A stretch of DNA of 64,000 bases, taken from assembly GCA_963662465.1 (NCBI GenBank), contig OY759599.1:5568001-5632000 (forward strand), written 5' to 3'. Source of the stretch: Desulfatiglandales bacterium. GTDB taxonomy: Bacteria; Desulfobacterota; DSM-4660; Desulfatiglandales; Desulfatiglandaceae. Shown here piece after piece: positions 1-9,200 of this stretch (position 1 is the stretch's first letter; every line of letters starts with the position of its first letter). Made by a program: the position numbers and the translations under genes. The notes beneath the pieces are model-generated. The model did not search any database, was not told the origin of the DNA, and worked only from the letters and a program-made list of their open reading frames with translations.

Positions 1-425
1 AACATCTTACCCGAACTTGGCAAAGAACGTGTGCACTGAGAACCCCATGGGAACGCCGACAAGCTCTTGTAGAAATGGACGTTCTTTCCGCAATGGCACT
101 TGGCATAACACTGCAAGAACTTAAGACGATATATAGGATTGAGTTTCGTGTAATGCGTCGCTACGAACACGACACTTATTACGATCAAAGAGGATTGATC
201 GTCTTTACCTCAAACTCTAAAGGGCTTAATGGTATCGGACTCACTCGTAAGCAATTCGAGGAGATAAAATACATCGTTGCAGAAGAGAATCTTCCAAGTT
301 GGGCTGTAGACCAAAATGGTATGACTTATTTACCCCCTTTTGACAATTGCGACCGTGAGAAGGATTACGAAATCGTTTGGCCAGAATTTGAGCGCCGCTT
401 CAAAGAACAGGAAGGCAATTCATGA
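1..425 (+). CDS. 3' end of a large N6-adenine DNA methyltransferase / type IIG-like (PglX/DrmMI-related) protein; partial at the window edge
   Basis: The frame is open from position 3 (HLTRTWQRTCALRTPWERRQALVEMDVLSAMALGITLQELKTIYRIEFRVMRRYEHDTYYDQRG...PPFDNCDREKDYEIVW). This resembles the C-terminus of large methyltransferases encoded beside DUF1998 helicases. The catalytic motifs lie outside the window. Confidence 0.7.
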   Translation, partial: HLTRTWQRTCALRTPWERRQALVEMDVLSAMALGITLQELKTIYRIEFRVMRRYEHDTYYDQRGLIVFTSNSKGLNGIGLTRKQFEEIKYIVAEENLPSWAVDQNGMTYLPPFDNCDREKDYEIVWPEFERRFKEQEGNS

Positions 426-483
426 AAAGACGATCAAATTTTCATATCCATTTCAAGTTTGTGGTAAGCTGCGTTGAATAAGG

Positions 484-747
484 ATGTGCAAAAGCATGGG
501 TTATAACAGTATGAATCAGTTGCACAAAAAAACGACGGAGCAAGAACGGAAGGAATTGGGGGACTTTGCTGCATCCGTTATTGTGCGTCGCGGCCTTGAA
601 AACAGTCAGGTTGTGACGGACGACATTTTCGTTTGTGAACTTGTGGAGCTTGCGCTTCAGGGCGAGGCCTTCGACTGGCTTGAGCAGGAAGGAGAAGATT
701 TTTACTCCATCAAAGACGGTGAGACGGCATCATGGGAAGACGCATAG
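484..747 (+). CDS. Putative antitoxin of the PemK/MazF-like pair
   Basis: 87-aa ORF with an acidic C-terminus (FDWLEQEGEDFYSIKDGE) that overlaps the start of the PemK-like ORF. Confidence 0.5.
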   Translation: MCKSMGYNSMNQLHKKTTEQERKELGDFAASVIVRRGLENSQVVTDDIFVCELVELALQGEAFDWLEQEGEDFYSIKDGETASWEDA

Positions 748-1062
748 CAAAGCGGGGCAGTGTTGTTATGGTAAGGTATCCTTTTACGGCCTTATCCGGC
801 ACCAGAGTCCGGTCTGCCATCATCATTACCCCGGGCGAATTTCTGAAACGTAGGGTGCATACGAGGTTTCTGACGGACCCAGTTTTCGCGAGGGAATCAC
901 TTGTTTTCAGGTTCATTTTGACCGCTAATGAGCTGGGCGAAAGGCGATTTCGGCATTTTTGAGCCAGTAAATGACCTCAAGCATCAGATTTGTCAGAAAC
1001 TGCGTATGCATCCGAAACGTATGGATAGGGAACTTGGACGGATAACATTACAAAAGCGATGA
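732..1062 (+). pseudogene. PemK/MazF-family toxin, interrupted by a MITE and internally shortened
   Basis: The N-terminus KRGSVVMVRYPFTALSGTRVRSAIII matches the PemK pattern RG.vv.v.fPf.d.s..k.RPalv. Removing the MITE and one TSD gives ...FLKRMDRELGRITLQKR*, still only about half of normal length. Confidence 0.65.
853..1013. mobile_element. 161-bp MITE with 22-bp imperfect terminal inverted repeats and an 8-bp target-site duplication
   Basis: Left TIR GGGTGCATACGAGGTTTCTGAC (853-874) and right TIR GTCAGAAACTGCGTATGCATCC (992-1013) are 19/22 complementary. GAAACGTA is duplicated at 845-852 and 1014-1021. Confidence 0.88.
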
Positions 1063-1123
1063 TGTTTGGTTTTGCATAATCGCTGGTTGGCATGAACGAA
1101 GGACTGGAAGGGAGCGGAGGAAA

Positions 1124-1558
1124 ATGGAATGGGTTTGGTCCTCACTTGCAGGCTTTGGCCTTGGGCTCGTAAGCTCACTTGTCGTCCTTGGGATCCAACG
1201 CGGGGCGGATGTGAGATCAGAACGTGAGTATGCGAGGAAGATCGCGCGAAGCCTTGTGTCTGAGATTGAGGAAGGGATTTCACGTGCAGATGGCTTGGTG
1301 CAGATGCTCCAAAATAACAAAGTCTCATTTTCGAGAATCTATACCGACCTTTGGAGGGCTACCAATCAAGAGCTTGCCTCGAAGCTGGAAGACCCGGAAG
1401 TGCTCGTCCTTCTGCATCGAATCTACTACAGATTCGACCTCGTGAACTTCAACTTTGAGCACGATCGCCCAGGTCCCGCTGCGGCCTTTGCAAAAGATTA
1501 TCTGGCTGAAATGAAGGCAAATCTTTCGAAACTCAAAGCCGTGATTGAGGGATGGTGA
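1124..1558 (+). CDS. Integron-type cassette 1: hypothetical protein with an N-terminal transmembrane helix
   Basis: 144-aa ORF with a GGAGG RBS and hydrophobic N-terminus. It lies between core site GTTGGCA (1086-1092) and the attC at 1589-1716. Confidence 0.75.
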   Translation: MEWVWSSLAGFGLGLVSSLVVLGIQRGADVRSEREYARKIARSLVSEIEEGISRADGLVQMLQNNKVSFSRIYTDLWRATNQELASKLEDPEVLVLLHRIYYRFDLVNFNFEHDRPGPAAAFAKDYLAEMKANLSKLKAVIEGW

Positions 1559-1588
1559 GACCATCCCATAGGCTGCCACGCACCGTCC

Positions 1589-1716
1589 TGCTAACCTGTC
1601 AGTTCAGGCGACACCCAGAGCCGGGCGTTTTTGAAATTTCGTTTTAAATTGAGAGTCATTATACATTTAATTAAGGTCAGTGGGAGCCCTGGCTGCTCCT
1701 GACCGAGGCGTTAGCC
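1589..1716 (+). repeat. attC recombination site (128 bp)
   Basis: R'' TGCTAAC (1589-1595), L''-like GTTCAGG, L'-like CCTGACC and R' GTTAGCC (1710-1716). R'' is complementary at 6/7 positions to the core site GTTGGCA that opens this cassette. Confidence 0.8.
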
Positions 1717-1735
1717 ACCTAGGGGGAGGCCCCCA

Positions 1736-2422
1736 ATGTCTTTGCTCAATGTCTTTTTCACGGCGTTTGGCGGTACGGCCGTTGCGTTGGTCGTTGTCGC
1801 ATATCTTGGGCGTAGTCTCATCAACCTTCAAGTGTCACGAGCCATCGAGAAGTACAAAGAAGAGCTTCAGCAAAAATCTGCAGTTCTCAAGGCTGAACTT
1901 TCGATCTACGCACATGAGCAAAGTATTGGTCTCTCGCGTTTGGATGGAGAGCGCTCTCAGGCAATCAAAGAGATCTATGCAGTTGCGAACAAATGGCAGG
2001 AAACCTTCCTTGAAATCACAAAACCAAATCAGCCAACGATGCTACCTGAGTTTCTACGGGAGCGCTACCGGCTCTTGGCTGAGGACCTCGTGACGGTAAG
2101 CGAAGAATTGTCAGTTCGCTGCAGAGACAATGCCATTTTCTTTCAGCCGGAAAGCTACAACATTATTGCTCGGTTTGGCAGAGGCGCGATGGAATTGAGC
2201 TGTTCGTTCTATGATAAGACCTTCGGTAAATTCGACATGTCCAAGGACCCGAAGTTCGAAGAACTCTCTAAATCGATTGAAAGGCAACGCACGGTTCTTT
2301 CCGATGCGCCCAAAGAGGATTTCGGAAAACTGCAGGCGTTGCTTTTGGACGAGTTTCGGAGGCTCATGAAAGCTATTCGACCAGAGACAACCATTCCATC
2401 GAGCGGACCACCTAAAAGCTAA
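1736..2422 (+). CDS. Integron-type cassette 2: hypothetical protein with an N-terminal transmembrane helix and coiled coil
   Basis: 228-aa ORF starting 20 nt after R' with a GGAGG RBS. Its 3' end runs into the next attC. Confidence 0.75.
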   Translation: MSLLNVFFTAFGGTAVALVVVAYLGRSLINLQVSRAIEKYKEELQQKSAVLKAELSIYAHEQSIGLSRLDGERSQAIKEIYAVANKWQETFLEITKPNQPTMLPEFLRERYRLLAEDLVTVSEELSVRCRDNAIFFQPESYNIIARFGRGAMELSCSFYDKTFGKFDMSKDPKFEELSKSIERQRTVLSDAPKEDFGKLQALLLDEFRRLMKAIRPETTIPSSGPPKS

Positions 2423-2457
2423 CGGATTTAGACGTGCGATCATGACAAATGTTAGCT
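2385..2457 (+). repeat. Degenerate attC site (73 bp)
   Basis: AGACAAC followed by CATTCCATCGAGCGGAC, a central stem CACCTAAA/TTTAGACGTG, then GATCATGACAAAT and R' GTTAGCT (2451-2457). Confidence 0.65.
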
Positions 2458-2484
2458 GACCAGCATTGAAGAAAGAGAAGGCCT

Positions 2485-2901
2485 ATGACAACAATCAATA
2501 GCCAATATCCTCATGGAATGAAAGACAAAGAGATTGCCGAGGCAATTAAAGAATATTCTATAGAGATCCACAATTCAAAAGCAAATATCAATACTGTAAT
2601 GCAATTTTCTCCTTTAATACAGCTTGGGCAAATAGAATTACAAGGAAGGCAGACAAAACGAGTGACCACCCTTTCTATTGTCGTCAGCATTGTGTCGCTT
2701 TTGATTGCTGGATTAGCACTATATGTTTCGCTTTCTTCTTCAAGAGTAAGTTCTCAATGGGAAGAAAGTCAGATAAATTTATTAAGAGAACTAAAGATTG
2801 AAACAAGTAACATCTCTCAAAAACTGGAAGCCACCATAAAGGCCACAAAAAAAATATACAAACAAGAAAAGATTCTGCCAAGAGAATCATATCAATCATA
2901 G
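2485..2901 (+). CDS. Integron-type cassette 3: hypothetical membrane protein
   Basis: 138-aa AT-rich ORF with a central TM segment (TLSIVVSIVSLLIAGLALYVSL), flanked by attC sites. Confidence 0.7.
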   Translation: MTTINSQYPHGMKDKEIAEAIKEYSIEIHNSKANINTVMQFSPLIQLGQIELQGRQTKRVTTLSIVVSIVSLLIAGLALYVSLSSSRVSSQWEESQINLLRELKIETSNISQKLEATIKATKKIYKQEKILPRESYQS

Positions 2902-2926
2902 AGAAAATTGAGGATTCTGCATCTGC

Positions 2927-2986
2927 AGTTAAAAGGGCTAATTCAGTCGACGCAAAAAGCCGCGCGGCTGATTAGCGCCGTTGACT
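2927..2986 (+). repeat. attC site (60 bp) with a mutated R'' box
   Basis: AGTTAAA where AGCTAAC is expected, L boxes TAATTCAG and CTGATTA, central CGACGCAAAAAGCCGCGCGG, and R' GTTGACT (2980-2986). Confidence 0.7.
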
Positions 2987-3161
2987 TGCGAAGCAATGTC
3001 GTATAGTTTTGTGTATTCAAGTAGTTATATGTAGTACCCGGTATATTCCTCCCGGACCCTACGCAGGCATCCTGCCGTTGCGCTGACTTGCCCGCCAGTG
3101 CCTGCAACTGAGTTCGGAGCGAAAAATAGGCACTACTCAAATGGGCATGCATGTGCTTTAA

Positions 3162-3420
3162 GTGGAATTGGCCATGACAGGCGGGTGACGGGGTGCGAAG
3201 CCCCGCGGACAACGTACCGAATTGGGTTCAAATGGCGACATGAGAACCCATTCAGAATCCTCCCCGGTTAAGGGCTCGGGTCGGATAATATGGTGAAATT
3301 AATTGGCCAACAGGCTGTTGGCCAATTAACCGACCCGGACCAGGCTGATCTGATCGGGTAAATTACCGCTATTCACTGGGGTCACAACACCCAGGGGAAG
3401 ATGGAGACCGTGTATTCACT
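3162..3420 (+). ncRNA. Structured RNA, probably the 5' domains of a truncated group II intron with no RT ORF
   Basis: Nested hairpins: GGGGTGCGAAGCCCC; TGGGTTC...ATG-GCGA-CAT...GAACCCA with a GNRA loop; CGGGTCGG (3277-3284)/CCGACCCG (3330-3337) enclosing a perfect 15-bp inverted repeat (3299-3329); CTGGGGT...ACCCAG. The start GTGGA resembles but does not match GUGYG. Confidence 0.5.
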
Positions 3421-3528
3421 TGGTTTATTCTTAGAAAGTCAAAAGCCAAGTAAGGATTTTCCATAAGCTGGATGTCCGGTTTGCAGGGAGCTGAAGAAGA
3501 AACAAACGGGTGTGATTTTTGAAGAGGA

Positions 3529-4719
3529 TTGGAAATGAATTTTGATCTGGTTTTTTACAGCAGTCTCCTGGACGAGATCAAAGATCGAATCCGTCAGGCT
3601 CAGATAAAAGCGGCCTTCTCCGCTAATCTTGAAATGATACTGATGTACTGGGACATTGGAAGGATGATTCACCAACGGCAACAGATGGAAGGGTGGGGTG
3701 CCGGAATAATTCCCAGATTATCCAGGGATATTCGTAATGAACTTCCCGAGGTAAAGGGATTTTCTGAGCGGAATATCGGCTACATGGTTCGATTTTTTCG
3801 TGAGTATGGAGAGTCCCCAATTTTGCAACAGGCCGTTGCAAAATTGCCGGAATCATCCACCAAGGATGAAACATTTTTTCAGTCCGGGGAAAAGACCGCT
3901 CCAAAGGATAATCATCTAAAACTGCAACAGCACGTTGCAAAAATTCCCTGGGGACACAATATCTTGCTGATGGAGAAGGTCAAAGACCTTCCCATCCGCC
4001 TGTGGTACATACGGCAGACCATCGAACAAGGCTGGAGCCGGGACACGTTGGCAACAATGATCACAAAAAAGACTTATGAGCGGCACGGACAGTCTGTCAG
4101 CAATTTTTCAACCCGTCTTCCCTCTCCTCAGTCAGAGCTTGCAAGTCAGATGGTCAAGGATCCCTACCTTTTTGATTTTCTAACGCTTGAAGAACCTTTT
4201 CATGAGCGGGAGTTAGAGACGGGCCTGATCCGGCATCTGGAAAATTTTCTGCTGGAACTCGGGTCCGGATTTGCGTTTGTTGGGCGTCAGTATCATCTGG
4301 TAGTGAGTAACAAGGATTTTTATCTCGATCTTCTATTCTACCACCTTAAACTGCGCTGTTTTATCGTCATTGAACTGAAGAAAGGTGATTTTAAACCGGA
4401 GTACGCCGGCAAAATGAATTTTTATTGCTCGGTGGTGGACGATCAACTCAGGAATGACACTGATCTGTCCACCATCGGTCTGATTCTCTGCCAGACCAAG
4501 GATCGAATTCTGGCTGAATACGCGTTGCGCGACATTCACAAACCCATAGGCATTTCTGACTATGAGCTGACCCGTGCTTTGCCGGAAACTCTTAAGTCCA
4601 GTCTGCCGACAGTGGAAGAGATTGAGGCGGAATTGTCTCAAGAAGTCAGCGAATGGACGTCTTCAGAAAATGGGAATCATATAAAAAATACCGAAGGAGC
4701 TGATCCTAAAGCGGCATAG
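3529..4719 (+). CDS. yhcG: YhcG/DUF1016 PD-(D/E)XK nuclease-domain protein
   Basis: YWDIGRMI, KGFSERN, KDPYLFDFL, FLLELGSGFAFVGRQ, DLLFYHLKLRCFIVIELK, GKMNFY. The start may be ATG 3535. Confidence 0.92.
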   Translation: MEMNFDLVFYSSLLDEIKDRIRQAQIKAAFSANLEMILMYWDIGRMIHQRQQMEGWGAGIIPRLSRDIRNELPEVKGFSERNIGYMVRFFREYGESPILQQAVAKLPESSTKDETFFQSGEKTAPKDNHLKLQQHVAKIPWGHNILLMEKVKDLPIRLWYIRQTIEQGWSRDTLATMITKKTYERHGQSVSNFSTRLPSPQSELASQMVKDPYLFDFLTLEEPFHERELETGLIRHLENFLLELGSGFAFVGRQYHLVVSNKDFYLDLLFYHLKLRCFIVIELKKGDFKPEYAGKMNFYCSVVDDQLRNDTDLSTIGLILCQTKDRILAEYALRDIHKPIGISDYELTRALPETLKSSLPTVEEIEAELSQEVSEWTSSENGNHIKNTEGADPKAA

Positions 4720-4736
4720 CCGCAGGTTTCAGTTGT

Positions 4737-4782
4737 CAGGGTGCAAGGGGCAGAATACGGGGTTCCTGCACCCTGCACCCTG
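4737..4782. repeat. Intergenic hairpin (REP- or terminator-like)
   Basis: Arms CAGGGTGCA and TGCACCCTG, with an inner GGGGCAG/CTGCACCC, just after the yhcG stop. Confidence 0.5.
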
Positions 4783-4835
4783 GCAACTTTCTTGTTTTGT
4801 ATGTATTCGGGTCTCCCGGAATTTGAGGGCGTAAG

Positions 4836-6119
4836 ATGAAAGTCAAAAGGCTTGGGATTCATAATTTCAGACACTTCGTTGATCTGGAAATTGAATTTGA
4901 TGAACGACTGAATGTCTTTGTGGGTATCAATGGTGCGGGAAAGACCAGCATCCTTGATGTACTGGCGATAATGCTGTCCCGATTGATCGGAAGGATTCAA
5001 TCCTCGCAGGGGACCGGGCGTTTTTTTTCCGATGCGGATATCCATATGGGGGCATCAGAAACAGTCAATAATATTTCGATAACCTATAAAGGGATAAACG
5101 TTGATTGGAGTGTTACTAAAGCAAAACGAGGAAGACGAAAACAAACCATATCAAATCTAGGTCAAATCAAGAAAGTCGTGGAGATTGTTCAGCGTGAAAT
5201 TGAGAGAGATGATAAGACCAGCTTTCCCCTTGCTGTATATTATTCTGTAAATCGTGCTGTATTGGATATTCCATTACGTATTCGAACCCGGCATAAATTC
5301 GAGCAGCTTGACGCTTATAATCAGGCTTTGACGGGAGCCAGAAACGATTTCAGACTTTTTTTTGAGTGGTTCAGGGAACGTGAAGACCTTGAAAACCAAC
5401 TGAGACTAACGCCAGGCCAGGAGAACATTGAATATCGGGACCCTCAGTTGCAGGCTGTTCGCGATGCCATAGAAAGCATTGCCGGATTTTTGGATATCAG
5501 AATTTCTCGGAATCCATTGAGGATGGAGGTGAGTAAGGAAGAGAATGTATTGAATGTGGGGCAGTTGTCTGACGGCGAAAAATGTTCTCTGGCGCTTGCC
5601 GGTGATTTGGCGCGTCGTCTTGCAATCGCCAATCCGGGTATGGCTGAACCATTAAATGGAACAGGGGTTGTCCTGATCGATGAGATTGATCTGCATCTGC
5701 ATCCTGGATGGCAACAGGAGATTGTTCATAAGCTTCTGGGTACTTTTCCCAATTGCCAATTTATTGTCACAACCCACAGCCCTCAGATCCTCACCACCCT
5801 GCGCGCTGAAAACATCCGGATGCTTCTGCGGGATGAAAAAGGGGTCTGGCAGGCCGCCATTCCCAGTAGAAGTCCTCTGGCGCATGAGCCGGGTGATGTG
5901 TTGGCGTCGATCATGGATACCCACCCGAAACCGGAAATCGAGGGGGTGAGTCGTAAGCTGCGGGAATATGAAAGGCTTACGAGGGAAGGAAAAGCCAGGA
6001 CAGAGGAAGCTGAAAAGATAAAAAACGAACTTGAACAGAGAGGGTATCAATTTAACGAAGCGGATATCGCGCTGTTTAACTTCCTTTCCGAAAAAGCCAA
6101 AGGAGAGCGGCATGATTGA
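4836..6119 (+). CDS. ABC-type/AAA_21 ATPase, PtuA-like (Septu or retron Ec78-type effector)
   Basis: Walker A GINGAGKT, signature QLSDGEK, DLARRLAIANP, Walker B LIDEIDLHLHPGWQ and TTHSPQ. It is followed by the start of a TIGR02646-like HNH gene. Confidence 0.85.
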   Translation: MKVKRLGIHNFRHFVDLEIEFDERLNVFVGINGAGKTSILDVLAIMLSRLIGRIQSSQGTGRFFSDADIHMGASETVNNISITYKGINVDWSVTKAKRGRRKQTISNLGQIKKVVEIVQREIERDDKTSFPLAVYYSVNRAVLDIPLRIRTRHKFEQLDAYNQALTGARNDFRLFFEWFREREDLENQLRLTPGQENIEYRDPQLQAVRDAIESIAGFLDIRISRNPLRMEVSKEENVLNVGQLSDGEKCSLALAGDLARRLAIANPGMAEPLNGTGVVLIDEIDLHLHPGWQQEIVHKLLGTFPNCQFIVTTHSPQILTTLRAENIRMLLRDEKGVWQAAIPSRSPLAHEPGDVLASIMDTHPKPEIEGVSRKLREYERLTREGKARTEEAEKIKNELEQRGYQFNEADIALFNFLSEKAKGERHD

Positions 6120-6267
6120 GCTAATGCACCAAACGGCGCCACCTTCATTGACCCGTTTTCAAAGCCGTAATCCAAATGGCTCATGGGGTGTTTTTCCCCC
6201 CGATGATGCAAATAAATTCATGCGGGACCAACTCTTTCGCCATGTTTTGGCGGAGCTGGCCGGTTAA
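6112..6267 (+). pseudogene. Truncated PtuB/TIGR02646-like HNH nuclease (N-terminal 51 aa only)
   Basis: ATG 6112 overlaps the ATPase stop. MIELMHQTAPPSLTRFQSRNPNGSW resembles the start of this family, but the ORF ends before any CxxC/HNH motif and 5 nt before the next gene. Confidence 0.55.
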
Positions 6268-6272
6268 CAAAA

Positions 6273-9200
6273 ATGATCCCATCCGTCCTGGCCCAACACG
6301 TTGAACAAGGTATTAAAGACTTCCTGCGCACCACCTTCCCGGTCACCACCCCTTTCTTTTTCAATATGCTGGAGAACTTTTTAAACGAACCCGGTAATGT
6401 CTTCAAAGGGCCGTATTTAGACATCCAACTCCCCTTTCAGCAAGACAAAGGCGGCGCAAACTATTTCCCGAACCTGCCCATGAAATTCCCTCCCTACCTC
6501 CACCAGATCAATGCCTTCGACCGGCTTTCCGGACTAACCCCGAAATCCACCATCATTGCCACGGGAACCGGTTCCGGAAAAACAGAGTGCTTCCTCTATC
6601 CTATTCTCGACCATTGTTACCAGCACAGGGGAGAACCCGGAATAAAGGCAATCCTCATCTACCCCATGAACGCCCTGGCCACGGACCAGGCGGGCAGGCT
6701 GGCAGAACTTATTTATAACAGCAAATTAAGGGGACGTGTCACAGCCGGTATTTATGTGGGTCAAAGGGAAAAAGAACCGCCCAAACTCATGAAGCCCGAT
6801 AAACTGATCTCAGACAAAGAAACCATGCGACTCTCCCCTCCGGATATCCTGCTGACCAACTACAAAATGCTCGATTATCTGCTGATCCGGCCCGATGATC
6901 GGCCCCTTTGGGACCACAACAACCCTGAAACCCTCCGATTCCTGGTTGTCGATGAACTCCATAACTTCGATGGAGCCCAAGGTTCCGATCTTGGCTGCCT
7001 GATTCGCCGCTTGAAGGCGAGACTTGCCTCACCGCCTGAACATCTTTGTTGTATCGGCACCTCCGCCACATTGGGAAGCGATGAGGAGCAAACGGAATTG
7101 CTCAGCTATGCATCAGCCGTGTTTGGCGACAAATTTCAAAAGGATTCGGTCATTTCCGAATTGCGGTTGAGTGCCGGCGAATTTCTGGGTGACAGCCTCA
7201 TATCCCATATTGATATTGTTCCTGAGAAAAAGGCGGCAGATCTCGATCCGGCGAATTCCAACGGATATGAGGAATATATCAAGGCGCAGTACAGGCTCTG
7301 GTTTGATGAAAAGATTAAGACCAATTTTGAAGATCCTGGCTGGCGGATTCAGCTTGGAGAGAAGCTCAAGGAACATCTTTTCTTTCAGAACCTGCTGAAG
7401 GTCTTGGGCGGCCGGATTTTCAGCTTTGATACCATATTTCTAAAACTTGAAAATATCACCAAAGGACTGAAAAGCAATAATGCCGCCTATAAAACAAATA
7501 TGCTGAACAGTTTGCTGGCCTTGGTCTCGGAAGCCCGCATTAAGGTCATCAGCAAAAAGGATAACGGCAAAGAAAGTGCCCATATCAGGCCTTTTTTAAA
7601 TGTAAGGCTCCAGATTTGGCTGCGTGAGCTGCGCCGCATGGTGGGTGAGGTATCCAAAGAGCCTCGGTTGCGGTTTGCCGATGACTTAAATGAGGAGCAG
7701 CTAAATACCCATCTGCCCCTGGTACATTGTCGGGAGTGCGGCAGCATGGGGTGGGCGGGGTTAAAGCTTGTCAGAAGCTCCGCCATTATGGGGGAATTAA
7801 AGAACTTCTATTACAGTTTTTTTAATCATGATCCCAAGGTGGTGTACCTGTTCCCGGAAGAGGAAGGGGTTCGGGATCAAGCCCAGAACGTGGGAATGTA
7901 TTATTTCTGCCCTCAGTGCCTGAATGTAACCACCAAACCGAACCCGGACCAATGCCCATCATGTGCCCATCCTGAATTGATTCTGGTTCATATGCCGGAC
8001 AGCAGAAGAAGACGCGGCGACCGGCAAATAAGCGTTAACGATTGCCCCTATTGCGACTCACAAAACAGCCTGACGCTTCTGGGGTCTCGGGCTGCAAGCC
8101 TGACCAGCGTCATGATCGTTCAGCTCTATTCTTCCACCTACAACAACGACAAAAAACTGCTGACATTTTCCGACAACGTTCAGGATGCCGCTCACCGGGC
8201 AGGGTTTTTCAATGGCCGAACCTTTCGGTTCAACTTCAGGACCGCATTGCAGAAAGTTGTTTCGTCGGTTGGTGATGGTTTGCAATTGTCAGCGCTTCAG
8301 CCTGTGTTTACCGATTACTGGCTCAAACAGTTCGATGAAAAAAAATACATTTCCACTTTTCTGGCTCCCAACATGGAATGGCTCCATGATTATGGGCATC
8401 TGAAAGAAACAGGTGTCTTACCCGGGGGCTCCACATTGCGCAAAGATGTGGATAGGCGCGTCGGATGGGAAATTATCAGTGAATACGGGTTTCGGGCCAG
8501 GATCGGCAGGACCCTGGAGAAGACCGGTTCTTCCGTTGCTTATGTTGATCCTGAGATTTTGGGCACGATGGTTCAGCGGTTGCTGGAGCCGATCCAAAAT
8601 GAGATCGGAGGGTTTGCGGCCCTTGATGAACGACGCCTTTCACGCTTCCTGCTGGGCTTCCTGGTCCATATCAAAAACCAGGGTGGCATATGGCAACCGG
8701 TCTTGAAATCTTACATTGAAGGGTTTGGGAATACCTATGTGCTGAACAAGACAAACTGGATGCCCAATTTCGGTCAATTTTCAAGGGCGCCAGCCTTTTT
8801 GACCACCCGAAGGGGAACCCGGTTTGATCAGTTGCACAGCGCTTCCACCACCCGCCGCACCTGGTATCTAAACTGGGCGGAAAAATGCTTTCTGGATCTC
8901 ACGCCCATGGTGGCAAATGCATCAAAGCCCCTGTACGAGCTGATATTGAAAATCCTGGTGGATGAAAAAGTCCTTGAAGAAAACCGGGTACGGGGCGATT
9001 GGGTGTGGGGGATTCGGCCGGAGGCCCTTCGCCTTTCCCCACGGGTTAAGCAGTTTCGTTGCGAAAGATGCGGCCATAACATATCGGTGGCTGAAGAGGA
9101 AAGCGCATATTTTGAAGACGCCCCCTGTCAGCGGTTTCATTGTTATGGAAAATACCGCCCCCAGGAAACCGGTGTTGATTATTATGGAAAGCTTTATGCC

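Noticed and set aside
1060..1092. attI site before the first cassette (also a similar GTTATAT context near 3024)
   Set aside because: attI sites have little consensus and no integrase gene is adjacent, so only the core site can be supported.
2417..2457. Alternative attC using AGCTAAC (2417-2423) as R''
   Set aside because: It would be only 41 bp and lacks L boxes; the 73-bp reading fits better.
3162..6267. Complete retron (ncRNA + RT + PtuAB)
   Set aside because: There is no reverse transcriptase ORF, yhcG separates the RNA from the ATPase, and the HNH gene is truncated.
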